A stretch of DNA of 63,998 nucleotides, filler included, from Porpidia crustulata (Eukaryota), in assembly GCA_964255105.1 (NCBI GenBank). It is 5 parts of 5 records of this genome, joined end to end, with 100 filler letters (N's around TTAATTAATTAA, not from the genome) between each part and the next. Parts side by side here need not be neighbours in the genome. Positions count along the whole stretch, not along the records: positions 1 to 13,035 come from CAXUWE010000465.1; 4 more parts are not named here. One strand, given 5' to 3'. Positions 1-12,451 of this stretch are shown piece after piece (position 1 is the stretch's first letter; every line of letters begins with the position of its first letter). The translations under genes and the position numbers were made by a program. Below the pieces are notes generated by a model. The model was not told the origin of the DNA, ran no database searches, and worked only from the letters and a program-made list of their open reading frames with translations.

Positions 1-778
1 ATCCGGTATCACCACAACCAACCACCTCACCCCCAAAGCATACAGTCCCTACCAGCCTCAACCAAATATACAAAAAAACCACACATCTCGTACCCACCGT
101 GAGTCCATAGATAATATACCGTCCATATCCGCGAATATGTCCGACTACAGGATTGATTGTTGACAAAAGGCAACTCAGTTCAGCTCCCTCGTGCGGAAAT
201 GCGGGGGAGGTGCGGTACATGTGTGGTGAGAGTTGAAGATGATGGATGGGTTTGGAGATGATGAGCTAGTTTGGGTTTTGTGGAGTTTGTTCTAACGATC
301 GTGGAGAGGAGTGAGGGGAGAGGATGTGAGGTGGGTTTGTGACGATATTCAAGGTCGCTGCTGGCGCTTTTTTTGCCGCAAAGCGGCTCCACGTACGGCG
401 ATGGCTTTTCAAAGAACTTTCCAACATTTCGCTCCCAGAACATTGACGGTTACGTTGTTGCATTGATGTAAGGTAGTGCTATTTACATGACTGCCTTGAG
501 AGCCTAGGGTTTCATTCTTGCTAGATATGGCATAAAACCATATCTTTGTCCGTTATAGCGGGTTTTTTCAGAAGCGAATGGAAAAACAGGTGGAAGGATA
601 ATTGGTCCGTAAATTGATAGCGAGTAAAGCTCTGGAGATGACTGGTTTCGGTGGAATGAAAGGAGTAACGAGATCCTAAGCAATACTGATATGACGACCG
701 CAGGGGTAACGTCAATTGGTGATGAGGATGCTCTCGTTCTTAGCCTGCCCGTTGTTGCCCTGGGGAAAAGCACCAGTC

Positions 779-1556
779 TCAATGTACTGTGGTTGACCAT
801 ACACGTTTCAGAGTAGTATGCTCGTCACGCTGCTCTAATGCTCCCGCATTAAGGAAATCATTGAAAACGACGCCATCGTTCGCCCCGTCGGTTTGCAAGC
901 CCATGACGCCTCGTTCATCCGCCAGATCGACGGCACTGAGTTGATCGGTTGTGTCTGGCTCATCTTTGACCGTAGTGGCTGCTGGCTCATCCTTGACGAC
1001 TGCGACTGCTGCTTCACCCTTGAATTTTGGGGCTCCTCGTTTGCCTTTGGTAGGTGTAGCGGCCGGCTCCGGCTTGGCGTTTGACTGGCTCTCTTCATCA
1101 TCTCCGTTGTTGATGTCGTCAATCTTACGCTTCTTCGATGGAGGGGAGGCTTTTGGGCGAGGTTGGATGTTCGTGTCGCGGATGCTAGCTTGAGTCTGGT
1201 GGATGCCGTGGGCTTTCATCATTCTTTCGTATCGCTTCGCACTAGAATATTTCGTGTCAGCATCATTGTGTACATGTAGTCACGCTTTGATTGGCAACAA
1301 TATAAAAACGACGACGCAAATTGGATGATCATCTTACGCTGCGCCTTTAGACACAATCGAACATTCACGAGCCACTTCGCCAAAGTCGACCTGTACTGAC
1401 GTCAGGAATGTTATCAAGACACGGAAGCGCAGATCTCACTTTGCCATTATTAGAGTAGCGGATACATGAGATCAAAAACTTGAATTGGTCGTCACTCGAA
1501 ATCGGCGCCTTCTTGCCTGCGGTCGGACTATCCTTTGCTTTGCTGGAGTCAGCCAT
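779..1556 (-). CDS. Small fungal Myb/SANT-like domain protein (3 exons) with K/P/acidic low-complexity tail
   Basis: ATG at 1556. GT-AG introns at 1391-1439 and 1242-1337 join SSDDQFKFLISCIRYSNNGK|VDFGEVARECSIVSKGA|AAKRYERMMKAHGI, the typical fungal Myb-like 'FL.SCI...VDF..VA.EC.I...GAAAKRY.R' pattern. The last exon matches ORF 779-1222. Confidence 0.8.
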
Positions 1557-3522
1557 TTTTAATTTGTTGTATGTGAGTTGAATCTGGAAAGGTTGGACTT
1601 GCTGTTGTGTTGGCAAGAAGGTTGAACTGTGTCCGCCGGTCGATGTTGACGATGTTAAGGTTAGTGTTGACGGGAAATGTCAGGTGAATTGAATGATTGG
1701 CGACTAACAGGGTCCGGAGAAGTGGCAGATGTGTCTGGAGTTATAGACACCCGAGATCAAAGAGTGAATACGGTTGTGAGAGATTGTCGGTCAGGGTCGG
1801 TTGGAAGATTGATGGTTGCTTTCTGAACAAATCAAAATAGTAATGCGGCGGGAAAGGAAGAAGGATGGTTTTATCATTTTTCCATTGTCGCGAGCGCAAT
1901 GCTTTTCAGGCTTGAGTCATTGCACGGCTCTTTCATGATATTGAGAAGGGCTTGGGGGATCTATGTGTTGTTCATGGGATCTTTTGATGGCCCCTAATGT
2001 TGGGTTACGATCAAACACATATAGAGATAGTACAATTACCTCAGCGGCTCTTTTTCTGCATGAACTCACACTGTCAAGAGCATATACTTGAAATATAGAA
2101 TCAGAAAATCCAAACTCAGGAACATCGAATGTAAAAATGTAGCCTATGAGACTTGCGAAAACTTGCTATGGATTCAGGAGAAGCGACACGCAAAACATAG
2201 GATGTGAATCGAGTCTACTGAGCATATGTCACAAGTCAAGGAACTTAGTGGTTCATGCTTCTCCGCCATGGTCAGCACGCTGTAGAAACCATAAGCCCTA
2301 ACTAGGGGTCCCGATGCATGATTTGATCCGCATCCACGTATAGCACTTGGGAATGATCCCAGTGTCGAAGCAGCTATATGAATATCTTGTGTTACTCTAT
2401 CACTCTGGCTATAACTCGTGGATATTAAAACCACGGAATTAAGGTTTTGGTCATTGCATTACACAAGAGTTCGATTAAACGATTTTACCCCTGAAAACTA
2501 CCAGCAAGCAACGATTGTGTAATCGCATTCAGCAAGCTGTAGCTGCCAACGTTGGAGGCTAGGCTCGTCTGGCTTGTATCCTATCGGACTTTCAAGAGTG
2601 CAGGGGTCCGTCCTAAACCAAGAGCTTTTAAGAAGTATCGGGAGACCATATCAACGAAGATTGGTATCTTGGAGATCTGGGCAGTTGGATCAGGGTCTTC
2701 AGGCTTCCTGGAAAAAGGGAGTATGTTGTGATCGAGGTCATTGCCTGATGTAAGAGCCCACTGCTTGCAAATCCTCAAAGTATGTCGTTGTTGATTGACC
2801 GTCAAAAACGCCGGCTCAAAGGGTGATGTATATTGAGTACTTTGTGTCAGGGTGTTTTAGGAGTTGGCGCGATAGAGGCATTCTTTGCACAGGTAGCCAA
2901 TAATTTGCTCGCTTTTATTGTGCCTTCCTGTGCTGTCATGGCTATATCGTAGTAGCCCACTGGCCAGATTTCAATTGCCGGTCCCTTGTTACCTGTACCT
3001 GATGGTAAGTCTGCGAGTCAGTAGAATAGACAACAAGGCACATCGGAGAGAAGAAATCATTCTCCACAGGCCTTGGACCTTAAATTGGGGCTACTCAGTC
3101 TGATGACCGTAGCTTGGGGTTTCCAGACCCATTCCTTCCGCGTGCAATGCCGGTTCATCAGCGGCTAAGGGCTGACCTTGGAAGGTAGGGAGGTACAGGG
3201 GTGTATGCCTACTAGAGTGGATCATGCGAAATGGACTCAAGAAGGCAAGAGTGCAGGAAGATGCCTTGGGAGGCACGCTGGTAGTCGTTCAAGCCAGCAT
3301 TGCAAGATCTGGACTGTCGGAGCAGGCCTGAAGGAGCTCTGGGACACTCCTGTCAAGACACCTTCCTCGATAGCCACCTTTACCAGGGTAGAAATTGCTT
3401 CATTCATTGAACCTGCTGCTATAGTGATCCTGACTATTAGTGGATTCTGGTAGGGCCGTCTCCTGTGGATCGGTTCCCCCGTTCGTATTTAAACTCACCC
3501 ACACACCATCAACCAACTTCTC

Positions 3523-5990
3523 TGCATCATCATAACATCCAAATTTTTAGTTGACTAGATCATCAGTATCATCAAGTCTCGATGATGAACATACCTGGTG
3601 TGTATATCTGAATCTCACTTCGAGATTTGTCTTCGTCTTGAAACCCAACTCCGAAGGCGGCACGATCTCCACCTTCTTACCCGACCGGTAATAGATTTGC
3701 ATAGCCAACAGGCTCATCAGCTTGACGAGAGGTAGTATCGGTCCAAAGTAAGCTTCATCTTGCTCAAATCTCTTTTAATAACGACTAATGTCCAAAGCAT
3801 AGCCAGGTAGAAAGGGACCGAAGCTCAGAGATCTTGGCCTAGAGCAACAACCTAACAGATACAGTCATTTGGTCTATCCTCCTATCATTCAAGAACTAAA
3901 CTGTATCGAAAGACTACAGTCAGTCTCATGTAATGTACCCAATGCAAGGTATCATAGTCAGTGAGTAAGTCATCCACCAGAACTCCTTATTGTGATCGTA
4001 GAGCAAGAAATAAAAGTACCACATCACCGCTAGCCTGGTCGAAGCTAAAGTCCAAGTCGTCTATGGCTGATGGTCAGACTGGGTCTTCTTACTTCAACAG
4101 GCTCTGTGTCCACAGCTGACACAGAGGTAGTGCTGCTAGGATGTGTCAGCAAGTCTCAAGTCTCCAACAAGACTTGCCAAGTGGAGAGCGACACAATTCA
4201 CTTGAGCATTGCTCTGGCATTGGGAGTCATTACAGCTCTCCACGATCCCCAAGTCTCTAACATTAGACGACACCCCGTACACAACCTTGTGTAAGACATC
4301 TCTTTCTATTCCATCGCTTCGTCATCTTGTCGAGCATTGACACCTCTTGCGTCCGGACAGAGCTTCAGAGAGTATCCGAGCATCATTGAAGTTAAGTACC
4401 TGGACTTTCCTGGGGGCCAGAATTGGCATTCCCGAGGACGGAGTGGAATGCTTCGCTGCTTTTACCAATCTCATCCCACACAACCAGCATCACAAAGAAG
4501 CCAAGGCCTGTGTACGAGAGACAACAAACGCCTAGAGTCATAGCCACTATTGCGACGATGGCATCGGACCGTCGACAATACAGGGGTCTCGGAGTTCTCA
4601 AGCATTACGAAAAGTAAAAACAAGAGCTCCAGGCCCACTCCATAGTTTATGTTTCGATGTCCGCAGTGACCAATAGGTTGTCACACTCAAGGCGAATATG
4701 TTTCAGGCCGCCATCGAAACACCTCATAACCTTCTACCCTCAAAGCTTCCAGTGAGATGTAGGCAACCATATGTCTTAGGTCCAGACAACACTTGATTTC
4801 TTGCGACGGACCACAGGAGTTAGACAAGATAGAGCGTCCTCTGGGGGCTTGGCATCTGCAGAGATTAGTTTCCCACAATAACAAAGTTGCCTCCTACAAC
4901 GTTGTGGCAGGGGAGTCTGTTGGCATAAATGTCGAATCTCGACTCAGGAAGCCCTTGAGCAGACAGAGAGTAACCAGACTGTTCCGTTCAATCTCTCATA
5001 TGATCCAGGAATCCGGACCAGCCTCAATGAATATCAGTCGACTGGGAGCCTGGCCCACAAAGATCGATAAGAAATTCAAAGCGCTTGCAATGAGTGAGCC
5101 AAAACTTTGCGTTCGATGATAGCAGACTCTGGGGACTTTTCGCCCAAGCTAGCAACACAAAGCTCCACGCTCATTTGATCATACTCGAAAATAGGATACC
5201 TTAACGAAGGGTCAATACGCTTCCAATAATCTGCTTCGTGCAGAAAGATGGCAGAATCCTGGACGCTGCGCTACTAATCAATACCAAGATTTCCCTCCTG
5301 ATCGACCAAGTCTGGGAAATTGGTTCGAGGAGACAACCTCCATCCGCTATGAAGTCATTTATGGCATCCCACCGAGTCTCAAAAAGCCTCTGCGTCAGGA
5401 TCTCTGTACTGTACCTAGCTGGTGTGACTGTGTTGCGAACAATAGAGCACGAGAGTATCAATACTTCTTCCCAGTCAATCTTTCAAGAGCCACCAGCCTG
5501 CAGGACTTGTACTCTATAAAAGACAGGAATAATTTGCAGAAGTAATGGCATAGGTCCTGTCTGCATTGGAAATCACACTCTGGGCGCGAAATAACATCCT
5601 ATGAGAGGCTCGCTGTTCTAGCTGGGCCAGAGACTAAAGTCAAAGATTGCTGAGGACCATAAGATTCGACCGAGATCGTCAAATTGGCAACCGGAGACAG
5701 AAAGCTAAAGCATCGTAAAAATAGACCCAGACGCATTGACAGACATATTCGGTATTCCATTTCATGGCGGGATTACGCATACAGTAGGCGCGGAACTTTC
5801 ACCTATATCCCTACCTCTGGGACACGGGCCAGGTCTTTTGCCATCGACTAAATCACCAAGGCAGCACTGAGCTGGACCAGGATATCAGGGTAAATAGAGT
5901 GTGGAGATTCATTTGGTCCTTGGGCTATAGCAAGCTCTCTGTGCCAGCGTCTCTTCAGCGATAATGCCCATTTCCAGGATAGAGGAAATT
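3523..5990 (+). pseudogene. Heavily decayed DUF3505(OrsD)/telomere-linked-helicase-N-terminus-like gene
   Basis: No long ORF. Motif remnants occur in the expected order across frames: LETQLRRRH, YPPIIQEL, VQVVYG..GSSYF, PRTEWNASL, KGQYASNNLLRAERWQN (cf. GQPAR..EL...RW.N), RVSKSLCVRISVLYLAGV (cf. RFLP..VG.L..YL..V), ISWRDYA (cf. WRH.A). Boundaries are approximate. Confidence 0.35.
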
Positions 5991-7689
5991 CCCTTCGTCC
6001 TTATGAACGCATAGCAGGGTGAGCTGATACACAGAGATGTACAAAAACGGACCCAAACCGATATCTCTATCCATTGAAGGATCAGATCGTGACATCAAAA
6101 AGCCTTTGGTTCCCACCCAACAATCAATCAACAGATGGAGTCGAATATCATTGATAAGACAACTCTCCCATACGTATAGAGCATACAATGAGCAGCAAAA
6201 GGACGTATTGCCATTGATAAATACTTCAGTCTAAACTCGACCCATCCGATAATTGAGCTCGAGATGTATGGATTCCTACGGAAGTGTGGCGCGAAGGTTT
6301 GCGTATTGGGCTTCTGGAAGGAGACAGAAGAACCCAATTCATACCAAGTCATAATCAAGTACCGAGCGGGCAGTAGAGTCCACCGAATATATCTATGGCC
6401 ACTTGTGAGAGCGGCCGTAAAATCTTTTGGAGAGGAATCCGCAGGATCGGTTTCCAGCTACTCATGGAAAACTAACGCGTAGGCAGCCAAGTGAACCACA
6501 TGGCGGAGTGGCCAGTGGCGCCACTTATAAGTATGACCACGGATGGTGCCAACCTATCCCAAGTGTCATGGCAGGTATCCCTACTGGGGTTCTCTAGAAA
6601 GATCCTGTGTCTATGTGGGCAGCCAAATGCGCCCCATGTACAAGTGGCTGAAGTGGCCGCTTGCTAGGATTACGGTGGACGGTGGGTATCTCCTCAGGGG
6701 GCAATGGCAGGACTATCTTCCCAGGGATCCTGGAGGGAATTAGAAGGGTTGTCCTCCAGCTATATATACTTCTTCGTCTCATAGGCCGTCAAGTGAGTCA
6801 TAAGGCCAAGTGGCTGCTTGGGCCATTGGTAAGTGCGGCCGCCAATGGCACCAACCCTCTTCAGGGACAATGGCAAGTTTCCTCGTCGAAAACCTCAAGC
6901 TGGGATTCGAAGGATCGATTTTTAGCTATTCGCGACGGTCCATTGCGTGGACAAAGAGTCTCGTAATGCAGCGCAACGCGTGCTGTCTTGGCTTATGCTA
7001 AGAAGTACCACCCGGCGGTGGCCAATCCTAGCGGACGGAATCTATGTGCCTTGGAACCTGATCCAGGCTATTTAGTAGAATAACCAAGATGAGGCAACGA
7101 AGATATTCCAAGACATCCGTAAGGTGAAAGACGGGGATCAATGAACGGGACGTCCCGCACCGTCTATCTTAGCTTATGCTAAGAAGTACTGCCCGTCAGT
7201 GATTATCGTGAAGAACGATGTCCGCGGGTTCAAACACCCGATGAATTCCTTCTGGGCAATCGAGTAGAAGGTCGCGCCAGTCTGTGGCTGGGCTGGACAA
7301 AAGAGCGTTGCAGTCAGACCTTCAGGATTTAGCAACGACCGAGTCGAGCGTAGAAAATGCGGAGCATGTGTCCTTTGCTGATCCACTATATATACATTAA
7401 TTTCCAACTTCCAGAGGCGGATGAGATCGAAAACCTTAACCTCAAGCCACAGAGGGTAGAACTCAAGAGATCAGGATCTCAAATACTAGTCCTTGAGAAG
7501 AGGGAACTTCGCGACCAGGAAAACGTCGCCGAAGTGATCAATATGGACGGTCCATTAGGCCTGAGGCGGCGCACTTTTGAAGTCCGCATGCTTGCTGAAG
7601 AAAATTACAGCAAGTTCATTGCCTTGCGACTTAAATTAGGTCACAACTTGATGTCACTAATCGAAGGAGTAGCCGCTTAGGTTTTCAGG

Positions 7690-7952
7690 TCCAAAGGACT
7701 TGAAATTTTACCACCGCGGTGGGGAGTCCAAAGGAGTTGAAATTTTACCACCNNNNNNNNNNNNNNNNNNNNNNNNNNNNNNNNNNNNNNNNNNNNNNNN
7801 NNNNNNNNNNNNNNNNNNNNNNNNNNNNNNNNNNNNNNNNNNNNNNNNNNNNACTTGAAATTTTACCACCGCGGTGGGGAGTCCAAAGGAGTTGAAATTT
7901 TACCACCCGGGGTGGGGACCCAAAGGACTTGAATCTTTACCACCGCGGTGGG
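7690..7952. repeat. 37-bp tandem minisatellite containing the palindrome CCACCGCGGTGG, collapsed across a 100-N gap
   Basis: Unit CCAAAGGA(C/G)TTGAAATTTTACCACCGCGGTGGGGAGT. About 1.7 copies lie before and about 2.7 copies after the N run at 7753-7852. No spacers. Confidence 0.92.
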
Positions 7953-10272
7953 CAGCCACGATGCTCTGTCATCGCCAAAAGGCTCACCGGGCAAGATGAC
8001 TAGATTCGAAGGAATCTTCCAGCCGAAGAAACAAACGCCGCGCATTATCAAGAAAGGCAACACCAAGGCAAGATGAGGCGCCTGAGGAGACGAATGCCAA
8101 TGCTCTTTTGCAAAAAGAGAATGCTCTTGCTCATTGCTAATCCACTATATATATTAAGTTCCAACGGCTCTGTCGTAACTGACAGACTCAGTGGGCAAGA
8201 TGACAATCCCAAGAAGGCGACGTCAAATAAGGTGATGTCCTGTGCCACGCTTCAAGCAGCTGATATAGAAGTTTCAGCACCGTTGGTAACAATTCCATAG
8301 AACGCCGGAAATGCCAAAAACGCCGAGAACGCTGATGCTGCCGGTAGCTTGCTTGAAGCTCGTCAAGGACTGGGAAGATCGCGATCCCTAGAACAGGACT
8401 GAAAGATATGGATGAGGAATCGACAGCTTCCGACCACGTTGACGAGACTTACGATAGAGGCTGAAAAGATACTTCTCGTGACGACAAGGTTCTTGGGATA
8501 GTGAGAGTCGAGAAGAACGTTATTGAAGAGGGGATTCAGATCCGCTACTAATAGCCTGCTCATTGACTTCTTGGATCGGGGCGGTGAGACTATGAGAGGA
8601 CTGCGTAAACTCAGTCGAGAGTAAAAGTCGGAAGGCTTAGATATTCCGTTGTGATTGACCAGATCAAATTTATAACCAACTCTTCAGCCTGAGTGGCTAG
8701 TCAAGCCGGAAGCCTGGTGCAATGCCGTCGGCCGCGTGGGTTAGGACTATAGCAGAGGACCACGAGCGCCGAGCTTCTCCTTCTCCATCGATTACTTTGA
8801 CATGGAGAACAGGGAGGTCCCTCCAGCTAGACATTTGACTTTGATGTCATCACTCCTAGATCCATTAAGGGACTTCATTCGATTAGAGTCTCCTAGTACC
8901 ACGGCTTCTTCGTACCCTCAGGGCCAGAACTTTAACACAGACTTTTAGGCCTTCGGTTTTTCTAATTGTTGAAGCTGCTTCTACAGACCTTTGCTGGAGA
9001 GTGTCATCAAAGTGAGGATAGATCGATGTTCTCTCATTCGTGTATTCCGGAGGATGTCTTTGCCAATCAAGTATCGAGCGCCTTGCCGCGGAGTCTAAGC
9101 CTTAATTCAGGCTGGGGTTGGATATCAAAGTTTCTAAGTTCTAAGGAGTATGAAAGGTGGTCCATTTGGTATGTCATACTAATCCTAGATTTCGACAATA
9201 AGTTTGACAGATCTCTGGAGGTTCGAAAGAGTCTTAGTAGAACGGCTTGCTACACCCTGCTGCGATTGATCTTGGGATATCTTGAGAATTCGGGACATTG
9301 CGACTTTGGGAGTCTGGCACAGGCGACCACGAGACATAATTCGCAGGCTGAATCTGGCGATGGTACCAGTATACCCAGCCTTATATATATAGGTTCGTGA
9401 GAGTATTTGAAAGACCTCCTCTTGAACGAGCCAACGTCATCGAAGGTATTCCATTCGACCGATGGATTGTTTACTTTGAGGACACAGATCAAAGATCCTC
9501 CAGATTGTAAATCCACTCAAGTCAGAAAGATTATCCAAATAAGACAAAGTCAAGCTTACCTTGGGCGACTCCTCGTCAATACTTTCGAGGAGTGAGCACT
9601 CCTGTGGCGGCTTGTTACGGAGAAGGCCTTTTACTTCTCATCACCCTTGTCTCCTAATTTGAAAAGGCCGTCAGAATTAGACGAATGTTCCATCTAATGA
9701 GCTCCTCCGACTCAAATTACGATCGCTTCTTGGTGTTCGTCATCCGTAGGAGGGGTGATTTTGCGTTGCCGCCGAGAGGCCCGGACGCATGCATGAGTAA
9801 CGGCGGACTACTTGAAAACGTAGCACTGCTCGATAGCTCTCCGTCATAAGAATAAATGACATTTCACGATCATCTACCAGTTGACTTGCAGCTGCTGTAT
9901 TTGACGTGGTGTGCGTTGAAGAAGGCGCTTTTACCAGCGTCGATTTAAATCCCCTGGCTCTCAAATGGAATTGACCTTGATGTGAATATTTCAACTGGGG
10001 AATGGAGGACCACAGATTCCGGCGCGCATCGTTGAATCAAACCAAGTCGGAATCTCGGGAACCTACCGTGGCAAGATTCTTGGATGGCTGACCTTTGGGC
10101 TCCTTAAGACGAGAAAGAAGAGAGATTACAATGGAGGATCCAGAGGTTGAATTCGAGAGAAGCCTACGATACAAGCCAATCTGGTTTTGTACGAACGAAA
10201 GTCTATGAAAACTACAACTTGATAATTCTTACAAGCCTCTTGATAGAGTGATTGTCTATGGTATGCCAGATT

Positions 10273-10798
10273 TCAAAGCAAACGCCAGTCTGTAGAATGC
10301 CAGTCTAAGACTCTCTGAGAGCGCTTCTTCCTATGCCCGTCTCTCCCTTCAACTTGGGGCTGAGGCGTTCTCAACCTTTTCAAGGAGCCTCCATTTGATC
10401 CGGTTCCTCTTCTACCACAGGCTCCAGCTCGACTGAGGTTCTCGAGTTCGTCCATAGGCTCTGCCTCTGGCTTGATAGGTAGCTGGCCAGGGTTCACAGG
10501 CTCTACTTCAGGCTTGGGTGACTTGGGGGACTTGGCCTTTCTTGAACGTGGTATAGCAGATCTTGGCTTGCTAGGAGCTCGCTTGACACCTTCCATATGT
10601 TGCTAGAATCGTGAATAACGCATCCGGGCGGCATGACCGTTGGTAATCCCAAGCTGACTAGCGACATCGTTCCAGTAAATCTAAAGAGTAAATTCAGTGT
10701 CTAGTATGGATACGCAGTTGAAAAGTTCTTACTGGTTTGAGGTCCAACTGCTTCAGGATCGTGTAGAGGAACTTTACAGTGGCGTCATCTGATGGCAT
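10273..10798 (-). pseudogene. Myb/SANT-like small protein gene with in-frame TAG
   Basis: ATG at 10798; MPSDDATVKFLYTILKQLDLKP|GT-AG intron|IYWNDVASQLGITNGHAARMRYSRF*QHMEG. This matches the fungal 'FLYTILKQLDLK.IDW..VA..L.I.NGHAARMRYSRF' family. The stop is at 10603-10605. Confidence 0.8.
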
Positions 10799-11790
10799 AT
10801 TTCTGCTTCTCCGGAGGCTTGTCAGCTTGACTGATGGATCTTCACGGAAGACCCACACCTTTCGACTGGATAGTGTCCAGTGTGGTGGTTGAAAGTTACT
10901 TACAATATTTGGTAATCGGCTCGATTATACTGCAAGTGGTATGGATGGTGATGCTATTGGTGTTCTGGTCGATCTTGAGACAGGTGAAAACGATGATAAG
11001 ACCTAGGAAAGAATATTCTAAGTGAACAGTGGGAACTATTGAATGTAGACTTTGTTGCCAGACTCCCGTGGTGCAGGACGAGATTCCGATTCCTTTGAGC
11101 ATGAGTTCAACGGACAACGGCATGTCTACAGTACTTTCAAGATGTTCTATTTATTTTCCAGACGGAGTTCTGCACCGCATATCTTTATCGGATGGCAACC
11201 AACATTGCCTTTCCTTATGAAGAATGCTTAGTCTAACCACATGGATACTACGAAACTGGGAGAATTATTCCAGCTGTTCTCGTGGACGAGCCGCACGCTC
11301 ATGATGAAATAAAGATATGAGAGCCAGGCCCATTGATACCTCAAAAGAGTGTGGGAGACAGCTGGCTGACTATTGATTCAAAACGAGAATTTGCATATCT
11401 CGCTGCCTCCCCACAAAGTCTTCCAAGCTTTTTCCTTCGGTTACAAAGTCAGTGTACCAAGAGGGCTCTTCAAGTGGTGGCTATTAAGAATAATAATACC
11501 ATCTTAATCCTATTGTGGAAAATTAGGGATCCTACAAAAGCGTGGGAAACTCAGGAGCCATTGTTGAAAACAAAGCCCCGGAACAAATCATTCAATACGC
11601 ATGGCCTTTGGCTCACAGTGCTAGACCTGCCCCTATATATATAATACCACACTCTGAAGTTCCACGATCACATCTTTCCTTCCACTCCATCATCAACTTC
11701 AAACCACATACCTATCATTCAGCAACTCTCATCCAACACCAGCTAAATCATTTGTTCTCTACCATCAAAACACCTCTCCAAATAATCAAA

Positions 11791-12225
11791 ATAACTACAT
11801 GGACCCCCGCCGTCGAACGAAAAGTAAGTCGATCCCCTGATGATTCCATAAACTCCCACTAACAACTCCTCAGCGCTTCCACTACGTCCTCACACACCAC
11901 GTTCCCAAGGACGACAACAAAGCCCTCGCCATAGCCATGGGTGGCGGTAACCCCCCTCTTCACCTCTCCCTTGCCCTTCTCATCACTCCTCCCCTCTTTC
12001 CCACCCATTCATCCACCTCTCCACATGACACTCTCTAAAATTCGATATATATATATATATAGGCTTCACCACCAAAGCGATCGAGCGCCACATCCTCAGG
12101 ATCCGCCATGCGGAAACAGTCGAACAGGCTGACGCCGGAGCGGCCGATTCAGGAAAGAAGTCGGCGCCGGTGAGGAAGCAAGGTCGGGGAAAAGGGAGGA
12201 AGCGCGGGGTGAAGGAGATGAAGGG

Positions 12226-12256
<31 letters not shown>

Positions 12257-12451
12257 CAGGGGCCTAGTGTGGCTAAGAAGGTCAAGGCCGTGGAGGGCGA
12301 GGACGAGGATGATGAGGATGAAGAAGATGAGGAGAACGGGAATGGAAATGGAAATGGGAATGATGGAGAAGAGGGAGAATCAGAGAGAGGGAGAGAGGGA
12401 AAGAGGGAAAGGGAAAGGGGAAAGAAGAGATGTTCGAAGAAGCACAGATGA
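11791..12451 (+). pseudogene. Myb/SANT-like small protein gene with acidic tail; apparent start codon is ATA
   Basis: tcaaa-ATA at 11791. Introns 11824-11873 and 11947-12062 give (I)TTWTPAVERK|RFHYVLTHHVPKDDNKALAIAMGG|GFTTKAIERHILRIR, followed by a basic and poly-Glu/Asp tail in frame with ORF 12170-12451. Confidence 0.65.

Noticed and set aside
1..420. Possible 5' end of another minus-strand gene at the window edge (CA-rich leader, splice-like signals)
   Set aside because: Too little sequence to fix the frame or product.
7690..7952. CRISPR-like array (37-bp palindromic repeat)
   Set aside because: Units abut with no unique spacers, there are no cas genes, and the context is eukaryotic.
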